Origin: Eledone cirrhosa
Lineage: Eukaryota
DNA: 64,000 nucleotides
Direction of reading: 5' to 3'
Assembly (NCBI GenBank): GCA_964016885.1
Contig: OZ024742.1
Coordinates: 274,226,001-274,290,000 of the forward strand
Below, piece after piece: positions 26,140 through 39,062 of the stretch (positions within the stretch are counted from its first letter, which is position 1; each line of letters opens with the position of its first letter). The position numbers and the translations under genes are program-made. The notes under the pieces are model-generated. The model was not told where the DNA came from and made no database searches. It was given only the letters and a program-made list of their open reading frames with translations.

Positions 26140-29100
26140 AGAGTGGAAGTTCCACTGACCGCATTGTCCACCCTGTAGAAGCCAGTGAGAGCCTGGCAAC
26201 ATTGAAAAGGCTAGTGACCCAGTCTCGATCCCTTCTTGACCCAGGACTGCAGCCCAGTCAAAGAGATGAGCTGCGGAAAGGTGGTAGTAGATGACGGACA
26301 CGATGTACGCATTTGCCACGTCCGCCCGACCTTTCAGTGATAGCTTCCTCGCATCCCATTTCTGGGTGAGACTGGCTATCCTGCCCGTCACATCGTCCCA
26401 ATTCTTATCGACCTGGAGGTCTGGCCCGAAACAAACTCCGAGCATCTTCAGCGGTCCGTCCGTCCAGCACCCAACGAGACTGTTGGGTGGCATGGACAAC
26501 TCTCCGAGTGGCAAGACCTCCGACTTTTCCGAGTTAAGTTTCGCTCCCATCACCCTTTCATATTCCTCTAATAAGGTGCCGAACATATATATTTCCGAGG
26601 TGTCTGACACCATCACGTTGATGTCGTCCGCATAAGTCAAGCCGACACAGCCTTTCCAATTCCCGGTTCGCAAGGTATACCCTGCCTCCGCCGTAAAGGC
26701 TGGAGAGTCAATACTTACAGAAGGGAGGAGAGAGAGCACCCTTGACAGACGGAATGGGGAATCTGAAATGGTCCTAAGATGTGGCCATTAAATTTGACCA
26801 CCGAGTAGATGCCGATGTGGTTTGCAGCGATCCAGCTTATGAATACGAGGCCGAAGCCAGCTGTTTTGAGGACAGCCTTCACGTACCGATGGTCAACCCT
26901 ATCGAATTTTTTCGATTGATCTAAATTGATCAGAGCCCCACCTAAGCCAAGATTAAATCCTACCCTCACAATGATGTATCGCATGAGGTGGGGGGTTTCG
27001 TGTATGGACCCGATAGGGATTGCGCAATTTTGTCTCTCCCGAACCAAATCTTCGACGACAAACGACAATCACTTCGCTAACACTTCGGGCAAGATCTTAA
27101 AATCTGTGTTGAGCAGAGTTATGGCCCTGAATTTATCTAATGTGTCCCTCTTGTTCACGTATTTCCTACGCCATGGTTCACAGAACTCGAAATACTCCCG
27201 TTCTGCTGCCAGTTGCAGTAAAGCGCTTCGAGGAGATTGGAAACAAGTCTGGGATATTTACCTAAAGCTCGTAAGGCAGACTATTGAAACCCGGTGACTT
27301 GCGTCTCGTGCAGCAGACAAGGAGTTCTTGAATTTCGGCTGAAATTATCGGCCTTTTGCAGGGAAGCGTTCAGCGGCGGCTGTCGAGAGGCGCGGCAAGC
27401 CTGGAATTGTTCAGCTTGTGCCTGTCCTGGTCTGTCAAAGACCGAATTGTGGTTTTATTACCACGCTGTGCCTCTGTCGTGTGGGCCCATTGAAAAGCTT
27501 TAGTTCCCTCGTTTCTCAGAACACGCGCTTTAGCTCTGACAATATAACCTTCGGATTTCGCATTGAAGAAATTGTCAATGCCATTCTCGCTGCTAGCACG
27601 TCAGTTGCAATGCCACTACAAATAGCCTCATTTAACTGATCTAACAGCTCCCCCTCCTTTCTATTTTTTTCTAACGCTACATCTTTGATAAACTCTATTG
27701 ACATTCCTCTAATCTCTCTTTTGAGAGCCGCCCACCATCTATTTTGATGAACCACCACTGTGAACATTTGCATAACTAAATTGTTGACACGGTTCCTGTA
27801 AGCCTTACGTGCCGGAAACAACATGTTCAGCTTCCAGTAATCATGTCCTCCCCTACGCATCTTATCTAGATCGACCATACAGATCACAAACTTGTGGTCT
27901 GAATAGGCGATCGCATGTAATTGTGGACATCCTATAATTTTGTTGTCCACTAATCTAATTATTAACCGATCTGAGTACGATCTAGATCCCTAAATGGCTT
28001 GTCCAGGTCCACACTGGCGCATAAGGCAGATCTAGTAATTTCTGCTTTTGCACGCCCCACTCTCATCAGATACTCCCACGCAGTCCCAGCGTGCGTCTAA
28101 GATGCCGTTCCAGCCCCCTGAGGGCGAGACGTACCCAGAAATTCTTCCGGGCACCTAAAGAATTCCAGCACTCCCGCCGCATTAGGGACACAGACGTCCA
28201 CCCAAGACCACCCACTTCCCGTCCGGGTCCCGGAAGATCGACGTTACCTCGAGATCCAGGCCTTTCCTATACAGTATTGCTACCCACCTCCCATTCCTTC
28301 CGCCTAACTGAAAGGAAGATGTGATAGTCGTCGAAAATAGAGGGTAGTGCGTGCGTGTCGGAAATACTGGCCTCGCTAACGGCAATTACATCCATTTCCA
28401 GAGACCGGAGGTCGTTGAGAAGGCGATCCAGCTGCCAGGGTGACCCCAGGCCCGCAACATTTCAACTTCTTACTCTTAATATGGCCATGTTGGCAAGCTA
28501 AAAGAGAGAGGTAAGGTTTACTTACCTCTCGGGGTCTTGTGAAGGTCGGGTGGTTCGACATCCATGGTTAGTTGGTTTTCTTTTGGGAACCCCTTTCAAA
28601 GTCTCGATGTGGGTTTCACGTTCGGGGTTCCCATGTCCCGAAGAAAGCTGTCTCGAATTCCTTTGAAGGAATCGAGCGTATTTGCACCGGAAACAAATCT
28701 TCTGGCACGCGAAATGTGCTCGATTTAAAAATCTCCCCCTCTGTTTGTATTTCTTTACTTCGTGCTACTAGGCCCATCAATTACTGTTGGCCTTTCTGAC
28801 AAGCATGACATTTTGTATGGTTTGTTGGTGCGGCTTTATTTGTTTGCGTGGTTGTGGTGGTGATGGTTTTGTTGTTGTTGTTTCGGTTGTGTCTGTGTTT
28901 GTTGTGAGTGCGGTGTCTGTGGTTTCAGTTGTTTCTGTTTGTATATTTTTTTGCGTGTATTTAGGTTGTTTATGTTTGGGGGATTCTGGTGATAGTGATG
29001 TTGTTGGTGGTGTTGATGTTGGTGTTGTTGTGGAGATGTTTGCGTGGGTGGTGTCTAACATTTTTATCGTGGGTTATTTTGTGCTTTGTTGAGATTTTAT

Positions 29101-30493
29101 CTTTTTGTATTTCCTCTTTTGTATTTTGGGGGATTTTGGTTTTCCCTCATCTTCACTACTGGCAGATGAGGGGAATAGGAGGTGTCTATGTGTGCGTTTA
29201 TGTTTTTATTCATGTGTGTATTTTCGGGGGTGTGGCGGGAGAATTGGACAGCTTTCCTTGTTTCCACCCTTGGTGGCCAATGTTGGTGGTAGCACTTCCA
29301 TTGGTGTTGTTGCTGTTTGTTTTGCCGGTGCTGGTTTTGTTGTGGTCCTCGCCCCGGCGTCCCTCGCAGTGAAGCCCTTGACCCCTTGCACTTTTTAGCA
29401 ATTGAGGGCAGAAGGTTCGCAAATGCATTTTTTTCCCGCAAACGAAACATTTGGCCCTCAGTCATAATGTGAATTGCCGTTCAGACCGGATGTGGTTCAG
29501 GATTGTTTTTACATTCTCCAGCCTGATCTGGAGAAGTATCTCAATGTCAACCCCGGACCAGTCCTCTCTAGCAGTTCTTGTAACTTCCATCGGGACGTTA
29601 TCCGTCCCCTCCATAATAACATATCCCTGAAGACACCACATGTCAAATCCAGGTGGGATCCTGGGAATGCGGAGACGAGATGTTATTTTTCCCACGTGGG
29701 AGGGGTACATTATGAGCGTGCTGGTTTTGCAAAGGGTCATTGCATGATTCCTAGCTAGGGTTTCTGACATATTGTCTGTCCCCCGCTATGTATTCGGTGT
29801 CATACCTGATGCACCTCAGCGTGACTTCGACATCTGCTTGTGCAATTAAAGCTTCAATAGCTTCTGCCGGAACAGCTAACTTGGCCCAGGTTTGCTCTTG
29901 CTTGATGAGCTTCCACGCTGGAGCCAACTTTTCATTTTTATTCGAGAGGTCTATGCTGAATTATGGTCACTTTTTGGCTGCTGTCGGAGCGAAAGTTTCC
30001 TTGTTGTCGTTGGTGCTGATGGTGTTGTTGCTGTTGACGTTGTTGTTGCTGTTATTGGTGTTGTCATTTTTTTTCACATTTGTATTTTTACTGCAGTTGC
30101 TGTTGTTGTCGTTGTTGCTGCTGATGTTGGTGTTATCGCTTTTATCATTATTGTTGGTGTAGTTGTTGTTGGTGCTGCTGTTTGTGACGATACTGCTTAA
30201 TGTGATGTATTTGTTCATATTTCCTGTGGGAGGGGCAGCTTTATTATCCTCAACGTTTAAAACGCTGTCAGATGGCAGCACACATATACTTGGGAGGCGT
30301 GGATCCGCTATGGTTAATTTTTTCGAAAAACAATTGTATTTTGTTTTAAAACGAAGCTCAAATATTTGGGCAAAATGGCCATATATCATCGTCCCATTTA
30401 AACCAAAAAATAGCAATTGATACAATTGAAAAAATCTTGGAATTCACTACCTTGTCGAGCTCACAAAGAACACGTCTGCACTATCTGACAGAC
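26140..30493 (-). mobile_element. L1/Tx1-like LINE, older decayed copy (ORF1, APE endonuclease, RT; 3' end lost)
   Basis: YSDHKFV, YWKLN, LDQSKKFDRVDH, VCQGC, YADDI, KLSLKGRA; ORF1 with knuckle remnant HLRTFCP; 5' end abuts (AAT)n. Confidence 0.8.
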
Positions 30494-30524
30494 AATAATA
30501 TTAATAATGATAATAATACTAATG

Positions 30525-31603
30525 GTTTCTTTATTGGCCACAAGGGCTAACATGAAGAAAAACATTACAGACGGCACAGAACGGTACAGGATGATACAAA
30601 GTGGGTTTGGGCCGTGTAAAAACGTTATAACAAGATAGAAATAAAAAATTCAAGATAGAAATTCAGAAGATATATATGTGTAAAAAAAAATAAAAAATGT
30701 TAAAACAATAAAACTTCTCCAGAGAGGGAGAAATCTCTGAGGGTCACTCGTGGCGAAAACCACACAAAAGAGCACGGCCACCCTAACCACCAGGGCAAGC
30801 ACTCTCTCTCAGTTTCCCACTCCTCAGTCTACAGGCGCATACTCAGAGCGGGCCTGTTCACTCGGACCAGACTCACCACTTTCACCCACCTTTCAACAAA
30901 CTTACTAGAAGACAGCACTTGCCTCTCCACCCTGATTTTCCTCTTCGAATGAAATTTGAAAAAGTTAATCAGGGATTGCCCGGAGAGGAAAGTGTACGTC
31001 TTCAACCCTTTCAACCTTGTCCACCACACAATCTCTTTCTCCATGGCCACCAGGCAGATGAACATTGCCTTCCCTTCCTCCTCCTTAAAGTAGGACGGCA
31101 GGGATATCTGCACAATGGACTCAGTCGATAACCGGATCCGTCCTACACGTGACAGCAAATGTTCGACATAGGTCCACAAGTCAGCAATGCTCGGAAACTG
31201 AATGAGTGCGTGCATAACGGTTTCATCTTCCTGTGCGCATCTCGGACAGGTTCGGCTGACGGCACTTCCGTGCCTATAGAGCTTATCTCGAACAGTCAAC
31301 GCTCCCCGGTAGCACTGCCAAACCAGGGATTTCTGGAAGTTGTTCATAGGCTCCGGCGTGAAACTTCTTTGAAGAGAGCAAACAGCTGGTCGTCTTCGAC
31401 GCGCAGGGTCTCCCCGAGAACGTCGTCACACTTCCCCTCCATTAGTCCTCTATAGAACGCCGAGGTGGATGATCCACCGATACTAGCGCCCAGCTGTGAG
31501 CGCTTGGAGACATTCCAGCTTCCAAGCGCAATCCTACGGTCTTTTCCTGATCCTGGACTGCAGCTCCGTTAATGAGAATAGCTGGGGGAAAAGCACATCT
31601 GGC
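30525..31603 (-). mobile_element. L1/Tx1-like LINE 3' fragment (ORF2 C-terminal Zn finger, 3' UTR, (TTA)n flank)
   Basis: FQKSLVWQCYRGAL..RTCPRCAQEDETVMHAL; AATAAA next to the TTA tract. Confidence 0.85.
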
Positions 31604-31605
31604 AA

Positions 31606-33866
31606 ATAATAATAATGATAATAACAACATCTGGAACAAAGATACCGCCATTGAGAAAATGAATGTTCACTGGCTAGGGCAAGATTTTGTTGATATTCTG
31701 AACTTAGTGGTAGATGAAATGAACAGCTAAGGTAAACTTGAGGCGAGGAACCTTTACCAATGCAACAATATCTTAGAACTAACCACAAATGTGGTAAAAA
31801 ACTTAATTGGTACAAAAACGAGAGGAAACAACAAAATGACTGAATGGTCAAATCAAGGAAATGAGAAAAAAACATTGGAAAGCTTTAGTCTTTACTGAAC
31901 TGAATATTACAAAAACATAGACCCTATAGATAGATTGAAAATAAAATACAAAACTAGGGGAATAGAGCTAAATGTTATCATACAGGAACTAAAGCAACGG
32001 AGAGTAGCAAAAGGTGCAAGGATTAAGCGGTATGAGAACATAGTTATTCAGTATGGACAGAACCGCATGTTTGACAACAACCAGAAGATGTTATTTGAAC
32101 ACCTTGAAGGGAAAGAAAGAGGCAACGACGTGATCCCTGTGGCTGAACAGATTAAGGCATTCTGGAGAGGAATATAGGAGCAGAATGTTGAACATAATAG
32201 TTAGGCGGTGTAGATTGAGACACTTCAAAGGAAATTAGTGAACAAGCACACCAACAACCTGATTTGAGTATCGCAGCTGAAACTCTTAAAGGGCAGGCCA
32301 AAAGAATAACCAACTGGATATCACCAGGTCCAGACTGTGTGCAAGGATATTGGATAAAAAATATAACATCCATCCACCCTAAACTGACAGCCATGTTCAA
32401 TGACTGCTTGATGTCGGGTGAAGTACCAGAGTGGTTGTCAAAAGGTTCCACATTTCTGGTAATGAAAGACCGAATCAAGGGTAATGGGGTTACCAACTAT
32501 AGGCCTATCACATGTCTGTCCGTAATGTGGAAACTATTAACAAACATCGTGTCAGAGGAAATCTACTATCACTTCCACATAAACACGAACAGAAAGGATG
32601 CCGAAAGAAGTCCCGTGGTACAAAAGACCAATTAATTATTGATAAGATGGTAATAAGGAATTGCAAGATGATGCATACTGTTCTTGCCATGTTATGGATA
32701 GATTACAAAAAGGCATTCGACATGGTACCTCATTCTTGGATGACCAAAGGCCTAAAGATCTTCAAGAGGGCAGACAACACCAGGCAGCTATTAATTAAAA
32801 GTATGAAGTCGTGGGAAACAGAGTTAACATCAGGTGGCGAATTCTTTGGAGAGGTGAAGATGAATAGAGGTAACTTCCAGGGATATAGTTTGTCCCCTTT
32901 GTTGTTTGTATTTAGCCTTACACCCTTGTCCATCATATTGCGAACAGTGATAGCAGGATATAAGCTGGGAAGAGGAGAGCTTACCATCAACAACCACATC
33001 TTCATGGCCGATGTAAAACTCTTTGGGAAAACTGAGAAGGAGATGGATGTACTTGTTAAGACTGTCCGTATTTTCAGCAATCATATATGTATGGAATTTG
33101 CTGTTATTAATTGTGGAGTCCTAATGATGAAAATGGTTAAATTGAACAGATGTAACGGAATGCAAGTACCAACATGTGAGATGATAAAGGAAATTGACAG
33201 TGAAAAGAGGTACAAATATTTAGGAGTTCTGGAGACAGATAACATCAGGAAGAAAAAAAATGAATGAATTGATAAGATCTGAATACATAAGGAGAATAAG
33301 TAACAAACTAAAATCATATCTAAATAGTAGGAATGTCATAAGTGCAATACATTGCCGAGCTGTGTCTATTATTAGGTACTTTGAGGGAATTCTGAATTGG
33401 AATGTTACTGAACAAAAAGAAATTGATAGGATGACTAGGAAGCTAATGACTACCTACAGCATGTTCCAAAAGAGAAGTGATGTTGATAGATTCTACTTAA
33501 AGATATCTGAAGATGGAAGAGGTCTTATCAGCATTGAGTGTGTTCAGATGGAGAAAAACAGTCTGCACAAATATGTGTCTGACAGTAGGGAGACAATACT
33601 CAAAGTTGTACTGAAGGAGAAGACAATAGACCAGGGGATGTCCAAGGAAGAAATAACAAGGAAAAATCCCTTCATAACACCTTCTTTAAGAAAACGGAAT
33701 TCAGAGATCCACAGACATGGAACTGCTTAAAAAAAAGGAGACCATAAAAAAGCTACAGAAAGAATGGTAATGGCTGCACAAAAGCAAGCACTCAGAACGA
33801 AGTGGGTGGAACACCATATTAACAAGGAGGAGGCTAGCTCACTGTTAGGATATGTGGAGAGAGAGC

Positions 33867-33955
<89 letters not shown>

Positions 33956-34655
33956 TAGAGAGAGAGAGAGAGAGAGAGAGAATGAGAGAGGGAAAGAGAG
34001 AGAGAGAGAGAGAGAGAGGGGAGAGACTGTGGATCACATTGTATTCGAGTGTAAACACCTAGCCCAGACTCATTATAAACGCTGGAGTCATGATGTGATA
34101 GGAAAGGTGATCCACTGGCATCTATGCAAAGTAAAAATTTACCACATTCTGAGAAGTGGTATGGGCATAAGCCAGAGTCCGTGATAGAAAACGATCAAGT
34201 GAAGGTGCTATGGGATTTTAGGATACAGTCGGACAAGAAATTAAAACACAATAGGCCCTACATGATGGTTTTTGACAAGGAAAAAAGATCGTGCCTGATT
34301 GTAGATGTAGCCTGCCCATTTGACACGAGAGTGCAAGAAAAGGCGAGGGAGAAAATTAACGGATACCAGGATTTAAAATGGGAGTTAAAAAGGATTTGGA
34401 AATGACCAAGGTCGTCCCGATTATCAGAGGAGCACTAGTTACTATCTCAAAGAGTTTTCAAGGATGGTTAAAGTAGATTAGACCAGCCACGTTTTTTTTA
34501 ACACTTAAAAATGCTTTTGAACACATATACACACTTAACATGCTTGCTGGGCACAGGATCTCCAATACGTCCTGAATATCTGCGCATAGAAGGAGTGGCT
34601 TGATTTTCATTTGAACAATATTTCCAGTTAAATAGCATCAATTACTGAGACTCAA
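31606..34655 (+). mobile_element. R4/Dong-clade LINE (RT + CCHC + restriction-like endonuclease), decayed, (TAA)n tail
   Basis: [84 protein letters not shown]. Confidence 0.85.
33858..34026. repeat. (GA)n expansion inside the Dong CCHC finger
   Basis: Visible; the sister copy has only ggagagagataggagag at 40684. Confidence 0.9.
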
Positions 34656-34660
34656 ATATT

Positions 34661-34692
<32 letters not shown>

Positions 34693-34694
<2 letters not shown>

Positions 34695-34816
34695 CTTGCT
34701 GGGAACAGCAAGAACCCTCCGATACGTCCTGAATATCTGAGGCTGCAGGTAGTGGCTGATATTCATTTCAACAAACTTTCCAGTTAACTAACATCAATGA
34801 CTGAGATTAAAAAAAC
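34693..34816 (+). mobile_element. Second, very short Dong 3' end inserted in the (TAA)n tail
   Basis: Closely matches 41160-41280. Confidence 0.85.
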
Positions 34817-34825
34817 AATAAAAAT

Positions 34826-35014
34826 AATTGTTTCTACTTTAGGCACAAGGCCAGCAATTACCCAATGCATCACTGGTACTTTATTTTATCGACCCCGTAA
34901 GGATGAAAGGCAAAGTCAACCTCGGCGGGATTTGAACTCAGATCGTAAAGGGACGTAACTATGCTGGAAAGCATGGCGTCCGACCCTCTACCGACGCTGC
35001 CAATCCACCGCCCT
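34826..35014 (-). mobile_element. tRNA-derived SINE with Deu/Nin-like central domain, apparently full length
   Basis: Minus strand: A-box tggcagcgtcgg, B-box gagttcaaatccc, core gcctttcatccttacggggtcgataaa, tail gtagaaacaatt. Confidence 0.8.
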
Positions 35015-35029
35015 TGATAAAAATAATGA

Positions 35030-38000
35030 TTTCTTTATTGGCCAGAAGGGCTGACATCAAAAAAAACATTACAGACGGCAAAGGACGGTACAGGACGGTA
35101 CGATGTGGGTTTTGTGCGGGTAAAGATTTTTTTTATTTATATAAGCAAAGAAAAAGAAAGTCATAGAAACTTATATATATATAAACAATAAAAATGAGAA
35201 TTGAAACAATGAAAAATTCCCCGATAGAGGAGAAACGCCTGAGGGTTACTCGTGGCGAAAACCACACAAAAGTCCACGGCCAGTCAGACCACCAGATCAA
35301 ACGCCCTCTCTCAATTTTTCCATCTCTCAAACTGCAAACGTATATTCAGAGCGGTCCCGTTCATTCGGACCATTCTCGCTACATTCAGCCACCTTTCAAC
35401 AAACTTGCTAGAAAGCAGCACTTGCCTCTTCACCCTGATTTTCGTCTTAAAGTGATACATGAAAAAGTTAATTAGGGATTCGCCGAAGAGGAAAGTCTGT
35501 GTTTTTAACCCTTTCAACCTTGTCCACCACACAATCTCTTTCGCCATGGCCACCAGGAAAATGAAAACCGCCTACCCTTCCTCCTCGAAGGAAGACGGCG
35601 TGACCATCTGCACAATGGGATCAGTCGATAACCGGATCAGTCCTACACGCGACAGCAACTGTTCGACATAGCTCCACAAGTCAGCAATTCTCGGGCACTG
35701 AACGAGTGCGTGCACGACGGTTTCGTCGCTCTGCGCGCATCTCGGACAGGCTCGGCTGTCAGCACTTCCATGCCTGTAGAGCTTATCTCGAACCGGTAGC
35801 GCTCACCGGTAGCACTGCCAGGCTAGGGATTTGGGAAAGTTATCCATAGGCCCTGGGCTGAAGGTTCTCCGGAAGAGAGCAAAGAGCTGAACTTTTTCGA
35901 CGCCCAGGATCTCTCCGAGAATGTCGTCGCTCTTCCCCTTCACTAGTTCTCTACAGAACGCCAAGGTGGATGTTCTACCGATACTGGTGCCCAGCTGGCA
36001 AAGGGTAGTGAGCCCTGGAGACATTCCAGTTTCCAAGCGCTATCCCTCGGTCTTTTTCTGACCCAGGACTGCAGCTCCGTCAAGGAGACGAGCTGTTGGA
36101 AAACGTGACTGGAGAACGGCGACCACACCTGTTCACCGTCAAAGAAGGACCGAAGATGCCGCAGCCTCAGCGCATGTTTGCGCATCATCAACCATGACAT
36201 GCCCAGTCCTCCACGCAACGGGTGTTGACAGCAGATGGATCGTCTGACCATGGGGACGCGTCCCTTCCACAAAAAGCGGAAGAGGAGGCGCTCCATTTTG
36301 GTGAGAGTTGGGCCGGGGCAAGGGCCGACGGTGAGGTGGTAGCCATGTACGCATTCAACACCTCCGGCCTGCCTTTCAGGGACATCCTCCCCTCGGCCCA
36401 TTTCTGGGTGAGGGAGGCGACCTTCCTCGTCACATCGTTCCAGTGTTTCTCCATCTGGAGGTCCGGACCGAACCAGACCCCGAGCAATTTAACCGGTCCG
36501 TCCTTCCAACGCCCCACGACGCTGTCGGACGGCATGGCTTGCATTTCCAGATGCCGAGCTGCAAGCCCACCGACTTTTGCTGGTTTAAAAATACTCCTGT
36601 CACCGCTTCTTATTCCTTGAGAGCGGTGCCGTGCATCTGGACGTGTCTGGTGCTCGATACCAACACGGTGACGTCGTTGGCGTAAGCCGACTCGGGTTTC
36701 CCGCATCATAGTGTTCGCGTGGGACGCCTCTCATCGCCCCCAGTTTGTGCAGTAACGGCTCGAGAGCCAATACGTACAAGAGGGACGAGAGGCGACAACC
36801 CTGGCGGACCGAGCCATGATGCTGAACGGCTGCGAAAGGTGACCGTTCACCCTCACAACTGAGCAGATGTCGCTGTACATCGCAGCAATCCAAACCCTGA
36901 AAACGGGCCCGAAATCGGCCGCCTCGAGGACCGCCGCCAGGTACCGATGGACGACCCTATTGAATGCTTTGGATTGATCCAAGTTGATCAGGGCCCCACC
37001 CGTGCCAGGTTCCTTAACCACCCACTCTATGATATATCGTATGAGGTGGAAGTTGTCGTGTATGAATCTGTCCCGAAAGGCCTATGTCTGCGCTTCCGCC
37101 ACCAGACCTTTGACGACAAGCGCCAAACTCGTTTCTAACGCCTTGGTCAATATCTTGAACTCTGCGTTTAGCAGGGTTATGGGCCTGAAGATATCGATAA
37201 CGTCCCCCTTGTTCGGGTCTTTTCTCAGCAGAGCACCGCTCCCCGGCTCACAAAACTGGGAATGCTCCCGTTCTGTTGCCTGTTGCAGAACATCTGCCAA
37301 GAGGTCATCGAACAAGTCTGGCATAAATGCCTAAAGCTCGTAGGGCAGACCATCCAAACCTGGCAATTTACCCCTCGTGCAGTTAGCCATCGCTTCCCGT
37401 ATTTCACCGGGTGTTGTTGGCTTTTCGCAACACTGTGCTGCGGTCGTCGAGAGCCGAGCCAATCCGTCGAGGTATGCACTGAAGTCCATACCTCGATCCG
37501 GCCCGACGCTGCTCCCGGACCTTTCAGCAACGTGCTGCTGAAAAGCTTCACACATCTGCTCGGTGTATCTCAATGGAGGCGCCGACCCAATCTTCTCGTA
37601 ATTTTTTCTGTACATGCAGTACGGTTGTTTTGTCCTCGATTCCGACGAGGACAGATGCGGCCAGTCAAGAAGGGGCCATCCGGGGGGGGGGGGGGCTTGG
37701 GTCAGTTTGACCTTCACAATTTTTGGCCCGCAGTAGGAGGGCACCAACACCATTTCCTCGCTCCTTAGGGTTACTAACGATTGAGCCTTTGCCTCCTGGG
37801 GTGTGGCCAAAAGCACGTCCACGGTGGCATATTTCTTGCCTCGGGTGATCTGCTTTTTTCCGCTGCCACACAGACCTTAAGGCTTTTTTATTTGAGCCTC
37901 TGTGGCTCTTTAAACCCTACGTGATTTTGTGCTTACTGTACGGTACGTGACGGTACAGTGCTGTTGGGTTTTTAAACATTGTCGGCTGCCTTGCAGATTG

Positions 38001-38240
38001 CTCGGTGTCCGGCTTTCGTCAACATCTTCCTTTCTTCCTGTAATTCTTTATTTGTTATAAGGATAGTTTCCAGGTTCTTTGCGATACCTGCTAACGAGAT
38101 TATTTTTTGTTTCTTGTTGTTGTTGCCGTCAGAGCTGCTGTTACTTTTGTTGTTGCGGCTGCTACTGGTATTTTTCTCGCCAGTATTGCTGCTGCTGCTG
38201 TTATTACGGCTGCTGCTGCTATTCTTCATGACGTCAGACG
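35030..38240 (-). mobile_element. L1/Tx1-like LINE, internally deleted (ORF1 5' part joined to RT and 3' end)
   Basis: PGLDGLPYE, FRPITLLNAEFKIL, LDQSKAFNRV, C-terminal finger; ORF1 LVPSYCG at ~37740; endonuclease absent. Confidence 0.8.
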
Positions 38241-38728
38241 AATGAAATGGCTTTCTGTATTTACCAGCACACATCCTTCGTCGTCGTCGTGGAGAAATAT
38301 TGCACGGCACGCGCGTTCTCTTGATGAAGAACGCTACCAGAAACTACATTTTTCTGTTTCATTAATGACGTCGCTTGCGAAAGAGGCGACAGAGGTGACA
38401 CCACATTTTGAGAAGGGAGGGTGTAAGACAATCTTACGTAATGACGATTGGGGAGAAGAAGATGGAAGGAGTGGGAGTGATTTGTGATAATTCCTTTTGT
38501 AGCCATGTTTTTTTAAGGTTTAAAATGAATATTGGGCACACATCCCCAATAACTGGTTATGTAATCCCGAAGGGTCAAATAACGGGCAGAAAGAAGACTC
38601 CTATCACGAGGTGGATGGTGTCTTTATCTACAATTTGGTGCAAGTTTTAAACAATTTACAATTGTTATAACGGTTAAAGATTACTATACCTTACAGAGCT
38701 GAGCCTCCGTCAACCATAATAATAATAA

Positions 38729-38810
38729 TAATTGTTTCTACTTTAGGCACAAGGCCAGCAAATTATTCAGTGCATCACTGGTACTTTATTTTATCGACCC
38801 CATAAGGATG
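38729..38810 (-). mobile_element. 5'-truncated SINE within (AAT)n
   Basis: Matches 34826-34905. Confidence 0.8.
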
Positions 38811-38869
38811 TAATAATAATAATAATGATAAGCAACAAGTCGAAAAATTACAGAACAGAACACAGACAA

Positions 38870-39062
38870 AAACAAACAGAGATAGCACTTTGGGCGCCTT
38901 CCTTCCACGCTTATAGGGAGTGGAGACCTTTTTTTGAGGTCTATGATGTCTGGGATGGCCTGCTGGTCAGTCTGTATTAGCATTTGTATGCCTATTCCTG
39001 ACCAGTTCTCTCTTCACATTCTCTGTATTTGCAGTATGGTGGTCTTCTCTTCGATTCCAGAC
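38870..39062 (-). mobile_element. L1/Tx1-like ORF1 fragment
   Basis: ENWSGIG.QMLIQTD..IPDIIDL...VEGRRPKCYLC parallels ORF1 at 57950-58140. Confidence 0.7.

Noticed and set aside
34826-35014. tRNA gene (A and B boxes)
   Set aside because: No cloverleaf; it is the head of a dispersed SINE
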